Source of the DNA: Candidatus Bathyarchaeia archaeon
GTDB taxonomy: Archaea > Thermoproteota > Bathyarchaeia > Bathyarchaeales > Bathycorpusculaceae
Assembly: GCA_038882955.1 (NCBI GenBank)
Contig: JAVZNC010000002.1
Span: 32,001 to 96,000 of the forward strand
Direction: 5' to 3'
DNA length: 64,000 nt
Both the position numbers and the translations under genes were made by a program. A model generated the notes under the pieces. The model ran no database searches. It had not been told where the DNA came from and worked only from the letters and a program-made list of their open reading frames with translations. This document shows, piece after piece, positions 9,589 to 19,519 of this stretch; the first letter of the stretch is position 1; each line of letters opens with the position of its first letter.

Positions 9589-9915
9589 GTGAAAAAGTTG
9601 CCATACTGCCCAAAATGTGGAGCAAAACTGAAAGATGAAGACAAATTCTGCTATGCCTGCGGCGCCCCAACCGCAAAAATCACGCGGGAAGAATTTTCAG
9701 TTTCCGCAGACGACCTAATTGAAAGGGTGAAGCAACTCCTACGGGAAGGAAACATAACGCGGATAATCGTCAAAGACGAAAAGGGAAGCGTGCTGCTTGA
9801 GATACCGGCAACAGTTGGCGTTATTGGCGCTGTTTTGGCTCCGTGGCTTGCAGCCCTAGGCGTAATAGCAGCACTCGCAACAAAATGTAAAATAGTCGTC
9901 GAAAAAAGAGAATAA
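9589..9915 (+). CDS. Zinc-ribbon + DUF4342-like protein
   Basis: CPKCG...FCYACG followed by EGNITRIIVK...LEIPATVGVIG...ALGVIAAL. Confidence 0.75.
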   Translation: MKKLPYCPKCGAKLKDEDKFCYACGAPTAKITREEFSVSADDLIERVKQLLREGNITRIIVKDEKGSVLLEIPATVGVIGAVLAPWLAALGVIAALATKCKIVVEKRE

Positions 9916-9921
9916 AAGCTT

Positions 9922-10122
9922 TCACTCCGTCTTGGCGGTTATCAATAACATTCCAAGCGCAAGCATGAAGATTGATAGGAAGCCGAAAAGCCAAATGTAG
10001 TTTCCCAAATCTCCGATGCTTGTGAAAGTATAGTAGCTTGTGAGAGCACCAACAATAAGCAGTAATAACCCGAAAAACTTTTCAGCCAACGTTAAGCCGA
10101 AACCGCCGCCCTCTTCGCTCAT
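9922..10122 (-). CDS. Small two-TM membrane protein
   Basis: 66 aa with two hydrophobic helices. Confidence 0.6.
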   Translation of the reverse strand: MSEEGGGFGLTLAEKFFGLLLLIVGALTSYYTFTSIGDLGNYIWLFGFLSIFMLALGMLLITAKTE

Positions 10123-10193
10123 AACTGAACCATCCAGTTCACTGAATGTTTTACATCATAAACGTGAACAGTTATTTTAAACTTCCCTTCCGT

Positions 10194-11297
10194 TTACCGT
10201 GTCTCTTCAAGTTTTGCCGGTAAATACTCGTCAACAATGTATGTCAAACCGTATCTGCTGAAAGCCTCCTGCTCTGCCTTCCGCTTGATTTTCATGAAAG
10301 TTTTGATTTCCCTCTGCCAAAGCGGATCCTTGTAGCGCGGGTCTCGCTGCAACTCATAAAGCCTCTTCATGTCCACGTCGTCCAACGGGTCGGTTGGCAA
10401 CTTATAATTAACAATGTCAGTCGCCCAAACGCCACTCCACTTCGCGTCTGGCGTGTTCAATTCGCGTAGGTGCGCGGCGTTTGCAGAACCAGAAATTATC
10501 ACCATGGCTATGTGCATTCCCCAAGGGTCGCCATCCGTGAAAATGTAAACTGGGAGCTTTAGTTCGCTGTTTAACCGCCTAATGAAATGTCTCGTAGCCC
10601 TAGGAGCTTGTCCGGCAGTCAAAACAAGTATGGCGTTAAACTTCTTATGCACATTTTCCTCGATGAAACGTGTGAATAAGCCTCCCTTCTCTATGGCTAT
10701 GACTTTGTCCGCTGTGGTTTTAACGAACTCTGCGGAAGTTAAGGCTGGTCCGATGAGGACGCCGTCTGGGTGCGAAGTCAAGTTTAGGGTTCTGCCCTCG
10801 TAGCCTGGCACAGTATACTCTATGGTTAGGTCTCCGAACACTGCTGAACGTTCTTCTGGAAAAATATTGAAGTCTTCCCTTGAAAATCCTAGCACTGTTT
10901 CCAAGTCCGTTATTATGTTGTTTGATTCTTGCTGGTCTGTGAAAGTCATCTCGTAGGCTTGTGCGGAATAGTAAACATCCCTCAAGGTTGAGGTTTTCCT
11001 CTGTGATGTCAACTCGTGTGAGAAGGCTGCTGCCCAGACGAGTTGCGTGAACGGTTTTATGTGGCGTATGTTGCGTGTGCTTCTGCGTATTCGCCTATCA
11101 CCGAGAACAAACTGCCTCAAATTTGGGTCATAGTAAATGTTTTCTATCGAGCGGCTAGGCATGTCCACCGTTGGAAAATATCCATTATCCATCTGATTGT
11201 AAATTCTCAACCCCAAATTTTGCAGACTTGACAAAACTTCTTTCTTTTTCTCCATTATGCTACTTTTAAACTTCTTCTGCTCCAAACTTTTCCACAC
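10194..11297 (-). CDS. top6A: DNA topoisomerase VI subunit A (start uncertain)
   Basis: TLRDVYY catalytic Tyr, IEK, DGDPWG TOPRIM motifs, KAEQEA; follows top6B. Confidence 0.95.
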   Translation of the reverse strand: MWKSLEQKKFKSSIMEKKKEVLSSLQNLGLRIYNQMDNGYFPTVDMPSRSIENIYYDPNLRQFVLGDRRIRRSTRNIRHIKPFTQLVWAAAFSHELTSQRKTSTLRDVYYSAQAYEMTFTDQQESNNIITDLETVLGFSREDFNIFPEERSAVFGDLTIEYTVPGYEGRTLNLTSHPDGVLIGPALTSAEFVKTTADKVIAIEKGGLFTRFIEENVHKKFNAILVLTAGQAPRATRHFIRRLNSELKLPVYIFTDGDPWGMHIAMVIISGSANAAHLRELNTPDAKWSGVWATDIVNYKLPTDPLDDVDMKRLYELQRDPRYKDPLWQREIKTFMKIKRKAEQEAFSRYGLTYIVDEYLPAKLEETR

Positions 11298-12807
11298 TCC
11301 TTAAGAGCTTCTCAACATCTGGAAGCCTATCCTTACCCGCCAACTTGGTTGAAAACTCAGCTATTTTTGGAAGGTACTTGCTGAAAACCCCCAAGCGTTT
11401 CCGTTGCCTATCCACGTGCTCCCGCTTTGTTAGAAAATGTTGAAGTTGACGGGCAACCTCGCGCAGTCCATTTGCAACCTCCCTCCGCACTTCTGGTCTG
11501 TCGGCGATAAACTCTTTCCCAACAGTCTTGTATGGAACTTTCGTGCTGCAAATATGCACAAGTATGGCGATTGGCATGTCAGGCGTGGCCTTGTACCTAC
11601 GCCAGTTCATGGCGTTAATCACTTTAACCGAAACGTCGCTTGCCTCGTCGTAAAGCAGCGGAATACGATTGGCGAAACGGTAAATTAGGAAGTTTCCCTT
11701 CTTTGGGATTTCTCCGCCATAAGCAATGCCAACCTCGATTATAAATGGATGTCCAGCATATGTTGCTGGCTTACGCTGGTGAACAGCTACAAACTCTGGT
11801 TTCAACTCTTTTAATATTCCGACTTTTAACAGTTCTTCGCCAAGTGGCGATAGGCAACTCGCATCTGGCGGTAGAAAATCCTTAAACTTTTTAAGCATCT
11901 GCATTAGCCTAACTATTTCTTCATGCGAAAGTTTCTTCGGGTTTTTTGTTGGGCTTATGTTGCTGAAATCAAGAAACTTTTGCGCGGTTACCTCTCCAAC
12001 TCTGTGGAAATGATTTTTCAGAAAATCAAGCATGTTCTTGTGAGGAGTAAGCTGTATAAGCCTTTGAAGAAGCTCAACGTCAACGCCATACGGATGCGGC
12101 AAAGTTTCTTTTGGCGGTTCAGGCATCTCCTTTGTAACCCTTGTGAACTTGTACAGTCTTCCCTTCGGGTCTACGAAGGTTAAGTTCGCGTATGGATTGA
12201 CAAGGGCTGTCTGCTTGAAATAATCCAAAATTTTAGGCATCGCCCTAAGATAGTCGCCTTCAAGGCAAAATTCTACGATTGTTCCCCGCCACCCTTCCTT
12301 GTTCAAAAAAACTTTCCTATCAACTATTATCGGGCGGTTCCTTTGGATGTCGATCATGAGCTTATACATGTAAATTCTGGACATGCCAGTGCTTGATATT
12401 ATGCAGGCTGGCTGATGCGTGGTTATCTGCCCGTACAGTATTGCCATTTTTCCGCCTAAGCCGAAGGTTCCTCTCTGCTGTTTCAGCTTATATTTTGAGC
12501 CGAAGAGCACTTGTCCGAAGGCTGATGGTATGTGTCTCGGCGGGACACCAGTGCCGTTGTCTTCTACGCGTAGTTTGTAGATTTGGGTTTCTTTGCTTGC
12601 TTCGCCTTCATAGGAGAGCCGCACATAAATGTCTGGAGGCGCCTTTATGCTTTCGGCGGCGTCAAGCGAGTTCTCAACAAGTTCTCTTATTGCCGCGAAT
12701 ACGGCTCTTGAAGGGTTTGTGAAGCCCGCTATGTCCCTGTTTCGGTAGAAGAAGTCTGAAGCGCTGATTTCCTCGAAGGTTACTTGAGCCACGTTGAGCT
12801 TCACCAA
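11266..12807 (-). CDS. top6B: DNA topoisomerase VI subunit B
   Basis: FFYRNRDIAGF, RELVENSLDA, EDNGTG GHKL motifs, RFANRIPLLY. Confidence 0.96.
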   Translation of the reverse strand: MVKLNVAQVTFEEISASDFFYRNRDIAGFTNPSRAVFAAIRELVENSLDAAESIKAPPDIYVRLSYEGEASKETQIYKLRVEDNGTGVPPRHIPSAFGQVLFGSKYKLKQQRGTFGLGGKMAILYGQITTHQPACIISSTGMSRIYMYKLMIDIQRNRPIIVDRKVFLNKEGWRGTIVEFCLEGDYLRAMPKILDYFKQTALVNPYANLTFVDPKGRLYKFTRVTKEMPEPPKETLPHPYGVDVELLQRLIQLTPHKNMLDFLKNHFHRVGEVTAQKFLDFSNISPTKNPKKLSHEEIVRLMQMLKKFKDFLPPDASCLSPLGEELLKVGILKELKPEFVAVHQRKPATYAGHPFIIEVGIAYGGEIPKKGNFLIYRFANRIPLLYDEASDVSVKVINAMNWRRYKATPDMPIAILVHICSTKVPYKTVGKEFIADRPEVRREVANGLREVARQLQHFLTKREHVDRQRKRLGVFSKYLPKIAEFSTKLAGKDRLPDVEKLLRSVEKFGAEEV

Positions 12808-12865
12808 CGCCTTTCTACTGCTTTTCTAGGGATAATGTTTTGCCCACACTTTAATTTAACTACGC

Positions 12866-13318
12866 TTAACGGGCGTTTCTCACATATCTTTTAAAGGGAG
12901 AAGGCAACAACTCCTCAAGAGTCTTTACTTTAACAGCCTCAAATAGGACTTCACCGTTTTCCACTTTTGCCATAACAATTTTAATTTTGGAATTTTCGGC
13001 AAAATCCGCAATGTACTGTAAACATGCACCACACGGTTTCGGGTCTTCGCTGTTCTCTTTTTCCATAACTAGAGCCACCGCTTTGATTCTTCTATTTCCA
13101 TGCAATACTGCATGGTTGACAGCACATCTTTCAGCGCATATGCCAAGTCCAGAAACCCAACTCTCCACGTTGCAACCATCATAAATTTTTCCGTCTTCGC
13201 CAAGCACAGCAGCGCCAACCCTGAAACCCCAAAGCACATATGCCTTGTAAAGCGCCTTTGCAGCAAACTCCAAAAGCATCTTTTCCTCTTTTCCAATGTT
13301 AACCATAAATCCACTCAC
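12866..13318 (-). CDS. cdd: Cytidine deaminase
   Basis: FRVGAA, GCNVE, CAER, PCGAC zinc motifs. Confidence 0.88.
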   Translation of the reverse strand: MSGFMVNIGKEEKMLLEFAAKALYKAYVLWGFRVGAAVLGEDGKIYDGCNVESWVSGLGICAERCAVNHAVLHGNRRIKAVALVMEKENSEDPKPCGACLQYIADFAENSKIKIVMAKVENGEVLFEAVKVKTLEELLPSPFKRYVRNAR

Positions 13319-15105
13319 TCTTTATCCAATGAACGAACATAATAATATTCTCCAATCTCCTGTTGAAACTTGTCAAGCTTCGAGCCTTCCTTGTTAACTC
13401 TAGGTCGTCTTGTAGTAGGATCTCTTCGGAAAGTGACACCCATTTCCTTCAAGAACACGTTCATACCGTCCCTCAGCGTTGTCGGCGAATTTGCAAAACC
13501 TCTAACGCCTGGTTCTCCAGTGAAAACCATTAGGCGGTCTGCGATGAAGTCTTGGGCAACTACGTCGTGTTCGACTACGAAGGCTGCTGCGTTGTAGTTT
13601 TCAATGACTCTACGGATAGCTCTAGCCATGTTTAGTCTTTCTTCAACGTCCAAGTATGCGCTTGGCTCGTCAAGCAAATAAAGCTCTGCTTGCCTTGATA
13701 GGCATGTTGCTATGGTTACTTTCTGAAGTTCGCCGCCGCTTAGCTCATTGACTTTTCGGTCAAAGAGAAAATCCAGCTTGAAGGGGTTAATTATCTCCGT
13801 TCTGTACCAGCTTGAAGTGAAGTTCTCCTTTGCCACGCTCATTAGGAGTTCTTGAACTGTTCCTTCGTATTCGGCTGATATGTACTGTGGCTTGTAACTT
13901 ACTTTAAGTGTGTCGAACTTTTTGCCACCGTCAGCTTCTTCGATTCCAGCAAGAATCTTGATGAACGTTGTCTTGCCTATGCCGTTAGCTCCCAAAATTC
14001 CAATTATTTCTCCGCGTTTCACTTCGCCGGCACCCGCAACAAGCCTAAACTCCTCATAAGTTTTTTCAATTTTATCCCATTTCAGCATTGTTTCGCCAAC
14101 ACCGAAGCTTGCTGTTGGCGGCTTCTCATGAAAAATTATCGATTCTTTCCTGAAACGAACATTTTCATCTGGAATATAACCCTGCAAGTAAATGTTTATG
14201 CCAACCCTTACGCCGTGAACGTTTGAAACCACACCGTAAACGCCTGGCTCCCCATAAAAGAGGCATATGTTGTCTGAAAGGTAATCGATTATGGCGAGGT
14301 CATGTTCTGCAACAATTATCGTCTTTCCATCGTCTTTCAAGCTTCTTATGGCTTTGGCTACCTCAAGCCTCTGCTTCACATCCAAGTAACTTGAAGGCTC
14401 ATCAAACAGGTAAACATCTGCTTCTCGGCAGATTGCCGCGGCAACCGCAACCCGTTGAAGCTCGCCTCCACTTAAAACTTCAAGTGGGCGGTTCCAAAGC
14501 GGTTTGAGTTCAAGCTGTTCGGCTATTTTTGCCATTTTTCCCCTTTCATCCACCTTTTCTAGGAGTTCTCCAACGTTGCCCGAAACAGCTTTGGGAATCT
14601 TATCCACATACTGCGGTTTATGCACAACCTTAAGCTTTCCATCAGCCATCTTCGCAAAGTAATCTTGAAGCGTTGAGCCCCTAAAATGCGTGATGATTTC
14701 TTCCCAGCTTGGCGGTTCAGCGTATCTTCCAAGGTTTAGTTTTATCTCGCTAGAAAGTATCTTTAGCGTTGTTGTTTTGCCAATACCGTTCTGTCCAAGC
14801 AGTCCCAGAACCGCTCCTTCCGACGGTGTTGGCAGCCTATAAAGTTTGAATGTGTTTTCTCCGAAGCGGTGGCTGCAATCCTTTTCTAACTCGTCTGGAA
14901 GGTTGACTATGGATATCGCCTTGAATGGACATTTTTTTACGCAGATTCCGCATCCAGTGCATAGAGACTCAACAATTACTGGTTTGTCATTTTCAAATTT
15001 TATGGCTTCTACGCGGCTCCTGACGATTGGGCAGAAGCGATGGCATAGTCTACCGCAACGTTTTGGCTTACACTTGTCTGCGTCCAACACCGCTACGCGT
15101 GTCAT
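13315..15105 (-). CDS. Ribosome recycling ATPase ABCE1/RLI
   Basis: N-terminal Fe-S domain (CTGCGICVKKCPF) and two ABC domains (GIGKTT, LSGGELQ, DEPS). Confidence 0.97.
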   Translation of the reverse strand: MTRVAVLDADKCKPKRCGRLCHRFCPIVRSRVEAIKFENDKPVIVESLCTGCGICVKKCPFKAISIVNLPDELEKDCSHRFGENTFKLYRLPTPSEGAVLGLLGQNGIGKTTTLKILSSEIKLNLGRYAEPPSWEEIITHFRGSTLQDYFAKMADGKLKVVHKPQYVDKIPKAVSGNVGELLEKVDERGKMAKIAEQLELKPLWNRPLEVLSGGELQRVAVAAAICREADVYLFDEPSSYLDVKQRLEVAKAIRSLKDDGKTIIVAEHDLAIIDYLSDNICLFYGEPGVYGVVSNVHGVRVGINIYLQGYIPDENVRFRKESIIFHEKPPTASFGVGETMLKWDKIEKTYEEFRLVAGAGEVKRGEIIGILGANGIGKTTFIKILAGIEEADGGKKFDTLKVSYKPQYISAEYEGTVQELLMSVAKENFTSSWYRTEIINPFKLDFLFDRKVNELSGGELQKVTIATCLSRQAELYLLDEPSAYLDVEERLNMARAIRRVIENYNAAAFVVEHDVVAQDFIADRLMVFTGEPGVRGFANSPTTLRDGMNVFLKEMGVTFRRDPTTRRPRVNKEGSKLDKFQQEIGEYYYVRSLDKE

Positions 15106-15227
15106 TGTAAACTCGAAAGTGAAGAAAACAATTGCTGGTTATAAATATGTGCCCAAAAACAGCAAAATTAGAACGAAATTTTGATGAAAGAAAAAACAAA
15201 ACTGCTTGGAAGTGTAAGCCTAAAAGC

Positions 15228-15302
15228 TTACCATTCTTCCTCTTCCCACTCTTCATCTTCTTCCCACTCTTCTTCTTCCCAGTCTTCCTCTTCTTCTCGC
15301 AT
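15228..15302 (-). CDS. 24-aa acidic Glu/Trp-repeat microprotein MREEEEDWEEEEWEEDEEWEEEEW
   Basis: GGAGGTGA SD 7 nt before ATG; mixed GAA/GAG codons; stop immediately after the last repeat. Confidence 0.6.
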   Translation of the reverse strand: MREEEEDWEEEEWEEDEEWEEEEW

Positions 15303-15421
15303 CCCATTTTCACCTCCTAAACTTTTGTCGGTGCGTAGTGAAGCACCACAACAACGTTTTAAGCATTTTTCTTCGGCAAATGTCGATAAACAAGTCATCA
15401 AAGCGAGTTTTCACATACAAC

Positions 15422-16396
15422 CTATAAACTTTCTTTCACTATTTTCGCGGTTAAAGAGACCACTGGCTCAGGAGTTTCCGATGTAACATAAGCCCAGCAA
15501 AGATTAGGCGAATTATGCGCTGCGCCAAACCTGCCATGAACGTCAACTGCAATCAAACCCATGTGGTTGTAAACTCCAGTTATCCGTCTATTAACAAGTT
15601 TTATCGCCATCTCAACAGCCTCCTGTGCTGTCTTGCCACTCTCCATGTAATTGCAAACAGTTTTCGCCAAAACAAGTCTTATCGCCACTTCGCCTACGCC
15701 CGTAGCTGAGCAAGCTCCAGAATTGTTGTCCGCGTAGGTGCCACATCCAATTGAAGGCGAATCCCCAATTCTTCCAGGAAGCTTGAGTGGAAAACCGCCC
15801 GTAGAGGTTGCAGCTGCAACGTTGCCATCCTTGTCTAGGGCGACCGCCCCAACAGTTTCAAGTTTAAACACTTCTGGAAAACTCTTTACAAGCTCATGAA
15901 GCCTTGGCAACTCGTATTTTCCTTCAAGCAGAGCCTTCTTGTACGTCTCGTAATACTTCAACCTAAGCTCCGTCAGCGGGTTTCTCCTCTCAAGATTATA
16001 AATCCTCGCAAGTCTTTCAGCGCCCTCGCCAACAACAAAAACGTGGTCTGTTTTCTCCATAACTATCCTCGCCAAACGAACTGGATTCCTAATATCCCTC
16101 AAAAGCCCAGCAGCACCAGCGCTTAGAGTTTTCCCATCCATAACAGAAGCTTCCATCTCAACTTCCCGCTCAATGTTCAGGCTCGAACCGTAACCAGCAT
16201 TAAACGAACCGTCGTCTTCTAAAACAGCAACAGCTTCCACGACGCTGTCAACAGCGCTGCCGCCACCATCCAAAACGTCAAAACCAGTTTTCGCCGCACG
16301 TTTAACGCCTTCCAGCCCAGACTGGCTTCGTTCTGGATGCCAAGTTCCAGCGCCACCATGAACAACAATTATGGGTTTAGATGCCTTTTTCAACAC
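15422..16396 (-). CDS. Isoaspartyl peptidase / L-asparaginase (Ntn hydrolase)
   Basis: VHGGAG, FNAGYGS, ETVGAVALD nucleophile Thr, AATSTGG, GRIGDSP. Confidence 0.93.
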   Translation of the reverse strand: MLKKASKPIIVVHGGAGTWHPERSQSGLEGVKRAAKTGFDVLDGGGSAVDSVVEAVAVLEDDGSFNAGYGSSLNIEREVEMEASVMDGKTLSAGAAGLLRDIRNPVRLARIVMEKTDHVFVVGEGAERLARIYNLERRNPLTELRLKYYETYKKALLEGKYELPRLHELVKSFPEVFKLETVGAVALDKDGNVAAATSTGGFPLKLPGRIGDSPSIGCGTYADNNSGACSATGVGEVAIRLVLAKTVCNYMESGKTAQEAVEMAIKLVNRRITGVYNHMGLIAVDVHGRFGAAHNSPNLCWAYVTSETPEPVVSLTAKIVKESL

Positions 16397-16505
16397 GTGC
16401 CCACTTCCTTCGCCTTTTAGACAAGTGCAATTGCACCCCACAAATTTAAGTTTAACGTCTAACAAATTCAAAACAAATAAATCTTTGTGATGGCATTTAT
16501 CTGTT

Positions 16506-16571
16506 GGGATGATGTGAGGCGACGGCTAAGAGCCGCAAGCTGTGAAAAAGCCACTAACCTGCACTGACCTC
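16506..16571 (+). ncRNA. Candidate C/D-box (K-turn) sRNA
   Basis: GGG-AUGAUGU ... CUGA-CC over about 65 nt, followed by a T-run, in an intergenic gap; internal boxes degenerate. Confidence 0.35.
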
Positions 16572-16631
16572 TTTTAAGCAGCGAAAATAATAATAAAAAT
16601 AATATTTTGACTTATTACTTGGGGCAGCTTT

Positions 16632-17156
16632 ATGATTCGAGATTTTAACCTCTTGGTTACAACTTCGAGAGGTAATGAGGATGAGTGTTGTTCTGAGCTT
16701 TGGTATCTTCTAGGCGAAATAGGCGATTCCGCGCCTGTTGTTGACAAGACGGGTGTTGCCGGCTTGGTTGCCGTAAAAACTGTTTTAAACCCATTTGAGG
16801 CTGTAGAGAAGCTGCGCAAAATTCTACATGAACGACCATACGAGTTCCGTTATACGCTTAGGGTTATCCCCATCGAAAAAGTTGTACGCACAGACCTCGG
16901 CGAAATTCAGCGGACAGCCACAGAGCTAAGCTCAAAAATCGGCGAAAACGAAACATTTAGGGTTACAGTGGAAAAACGTTTTACGGAAACCTCAACCCGC
17001 GATATTATTGAGGCGACCGCAGCAAACATTGAACGGAAAGTGGACCTAAACAAGCCCGACAAGATACTTTTAGTCGAGGTTGTTGGCGGCTTGACTGGAA
17101 TATCCGTAATAAAGCCAGACGACATCTTAGCCGTTATCAAAGAGAAGATTTTGTAA
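16632..17156 (+). CDS. THUMP domain RNA-binding protein
   Basis: RVIPIEKVV, TFRVTVEKR, KVDLNKPDKILLVEV. Confidence 0.88.
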   Translation: MIRDFNLLVTTSRGNEDECCSELWYLLGEIGDSAPVVDKTGVAGLVAVKTVLNPFEAVEKLRKILHERPYEFRYTLRVIPIEKVVRTDLGEIQRTATELSSKIGENETFRVTVEKRFTETSTRDIIEATAANIERKVDLNKPDKILLVEVVGGLTGISVIKPDDILAVIKEKIL

Positions 17157-17159
17157 AAG

Positions 17160-17723
17160 CTAAATTTGCGTTGCCAAAAGCGCCATGCGCTCTATCACAA
17201 TATCGATTAAAGCCTTCTTTAAGTCGCCCTTCTCAATAACCGCTTCAAGCTCCAAGTCTGAAATTTTAAATATTTCACGTATGCCAACGATTTTTTCCTC
17301 TGTCAACTCGAGAACTTCGTCGTTTCTTTTTGCTTTGGCAACACGTACCACAGTGTTCAAAGCAGATTTTATAGTTCTGGGCTCATCTCCCACCATTACC
17401 AACGCCACTTCTGTGGTTCCAAGCTTGATTCCAAGTTTTCCTAACGCCTTTTTGATTTGGCGTTGTGCCGAGGCATAAAGGATTGTTTCCATGGCTAGGT
17501 TTTTTGAAATGCTACGCTTGTTCTTGAAGGCTGTTAGTGCATTTAAAACTGCAAAGTAAAGGTGTTGCCAGCCAGCAACAAAGCGTGCATCAAAAAATTG
17601 AATCTCTACGCCAAGGCTTTCTTTGCTGAATCTTTTTAGGAACTTTTCCGTATCCTCAATCTTTACGTCTTTCAAACCAGCAATAAGCACGTATTTTCCG
17701 AACTCTTCAATATGCTTTAACAA
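17160..17723 (-). CDS. cgi121: KEOPS complex subunit Cgi121
   Basis: IQFFDA...HLYFA...NLAMETILYASAQRQIKKAL...IERMALL. Confidence 0.88.
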   Translation of the reverse strand: MLKHIEEFGKYVLIAGLKDVKIEDTEKFLKRFSKESLGVEIQFFDARFVAGWQHLYFAVLNALTAFKNKRSISKNLAMETILYASAQRQIKKALGKLGIKLGTTEVALVMVGDEPRTIKSALNTVVRVAKAKRNDEVLELTEEKIVGIREIFKISDLELEAVIEKGDLKKALIDIVIERMALLATQI

Positions 17724-18313
17724 TTTTCTTCCCTAAGCGCCTCTTTCAAAAATTTTTTGACAAGTTTTTTCTGCGCTCCAGCCGCGATAAGTTTTGCAAT
17801 CTCGCTATCTATGGACTTTTTAGTTTCCCTACATTTCTTAACAATTTTCTTAACTGTTTCATTTGTTTCCCATGGAAAAACAACCCAACGCCGCGTTTCC
17901 CTCTCATAATAGTCTGGCTTCACTATGCTCCAAGGCTTATAGTACACTGTGGCAATTTTAACTTCTTTCGCACCATTCGCTATCAAATGCTCCTTAACAA
18001 CTCTCAAACTTTTACCCGTATCCGCGATTTCATCAACAACGAGCACTTTTTTCCCAGATACGTCAACTGAAACTGGCTGCGTTAAGACTGGCTCACCCTT
18101 TGTTTCAGCCACGCCCAGATAAAATTCAGCCTTGACATTGGCAATGTTTGGGTTGTTCAGTAGGTCTGATAGGACTCTGGCTGGAGGCCAACCTCCGCGT
18201 GATACTCCTACAATTACGTCTGGTTTGAATCCATTTTTTCTTATTTTTTCAGCGAGGTTTAACAGCATTTTGTATATTAGGTTCCATGTTGGAACTTCAA
18301 ATTCAATATTCAA
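17717..18313 (-). CDS. Type I phosphoribosyltransferase (purine PRT-like)
   Basis: VGVSRGG, VLVVDEIADTGKS PRPP loop, WVVFPWE. Confidence 0.88.
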   Translation of the reverse strand: MNIEFEVPTWNLIYKMLLNLAEKIRKNGFKPDVIVGVSRGGWPPARVLSDLLNNPNIANVKAEFYLGVAETKGEPVLTQPVSVDVSGKKVLVVDEIADTGKSLRVVKEHLIANGAKEVKIATVYYKPWSIVKPDYYERETRRWVVFPWETNETVKKIVKKCRETKKSIDSEIAKLIAAGAQKKLVKKFLKEALREENC

Positions 18314-18393
18314 GCCATTTTTCTCCTAGACAGCGCTTGTTCTGTTTGAGAAGCTTTCAAAAATAAAAAATTTGGGATTTAAAAGTACGTGGT

Positions 18394-19353
18394 TTATGCT
18401 TGTGGTGGTGCTTTTGGTTTTCTCCACGCGTATACTATGGCTGCAAGACCGAAGAACATGAAGCCCAAACCAAAGATTGCAAGCGCAACGGCGTTGATAA
18501 CCATGGCTTGTGCAAGCGCGTTCGCCTCAATCAATCTTGCTGTGGCATTCGCGTTTATTGCATTTGCTTCTGCTTGAAGCGCATCTGCTTCAGCCTTATC
18601 CTTGTTCAGTTTATTTTCGTCATATTCAGCTTTTATGCCTATGTAGACTGTCCATGCTTGCTTTATCAAGTTTATTGCCGTCTGATAGTGCTGTAATGAG
18701 ACGTTAAACTCGCCTTGCGTGTAAGAATATAGTGCCGTGTTTGCTTCTGTTTCTGCTTGGACGTATAGGCTGAAGGATTCTGCGTAATCATCAACATAAG
18801 TGCTTACGGTGCTCTTTAGGAGTGAGTATTCCCAAGAGGCTTGTGAGACATCATATTGTGTTTGTGTTAAAACTGCGAATCGGTCGCCGTCATAAGTCCA
18901 CGAGTCTTTTACGGTTGCTGGTACCCCTCCACTTACGGTTGTGTATTCAAATTCTATGTAGATTCTGTATCGATGGGTGAAGAGGTTCGAAGCGATTGTT
19001 GTCAGTTCTGTTGTGCCGTTAATGGTAAACAAGTATTCGTCATTGTATTTTATTAGAACGTCTTTTGTTGTGTTGTAAAACTTGTTCCAGTCAAACCACA
19101 CCGCAATGTTTTTAACTGTTATGTCTACTGGGTGCCCAGTTGCGTTACGTTCAGTGTTTCTAACCCAAATATTAATTATCCATGTCGTATTTTCAATGTA
19201 CGCTATGTCGACGCTGCCTAGAAATGGGTCAGTTCTATTTTTCCATACTGGTTTTATCCATGTTAGGCTGGTTATGCCTGCGCTTGCTGGCGCAACAAAA
19301 GAAATGCATAATATTATTGCCAGCGAAATTATTGCTGCGTGTGATTTTTTCAT
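18394..19353 (-). CDS. Secreted, C-terminally membrane-anchored hypothetical protein
   Basis: Signal peptide, beta-rich domain, coiled-coil, C-terminal TM helix; GGTGA SD. Confidence 0.7.
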   Translation of the reverse strand: MKKSHAAIISLAIILCISFVAPASAGITSLTWIKPVWKNRTDPFLGSVDIAYIENTTWIINIWVRNTERNATGHPVDITVKNIAVWFDWNKFYNTTKDVLIKYNDEYLFTINGTTELTTIASNLFTHRYRIYIEFEYTTVSGGVPATVKDSWTYDGDRFAVLTQTQYDVSQASWEYSLLKSTVSTYVDDYAESFSLYVQAETEANTALYSYTQGEFNVSLQHYQTAINLIKQAWTVYIGIKAEYDENKLNKDKAEADALQAEANAINANATARLIEANALAQAMVINAVALAIFGLGFMFFGLAAIVYAWRKPKAPPQA

Positions 19354-19519
19354 TAAATCACCTTAAACGGTAGGTGTCATAGCATATGCAATATATAATT
19401 TTCGGAACACATCATACGCGAGCGCAACCGCGTGAAAGGGAAAACATTTTCTTTCCCCACAATACACTTATCTCATCCGCCATCACTGTAGCGTTTACAC
19501 TTAAAAGGAAGGGTTCCAA

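Noticed and set aside
15068-15313. Lys-rich 81-aa alternative frame over the GAA repeat
   Set aside because: Repeat variation falls at non-synonymous positions in this frame and the ORF runs into ABCE1; the E/W frame fits the SD spacing and stop better.
19410-19462. Short dyads upstream of ftcd
   Set aside because: Stems of 5-6 bp are expected by chance, and no matching site was seen before hutU.
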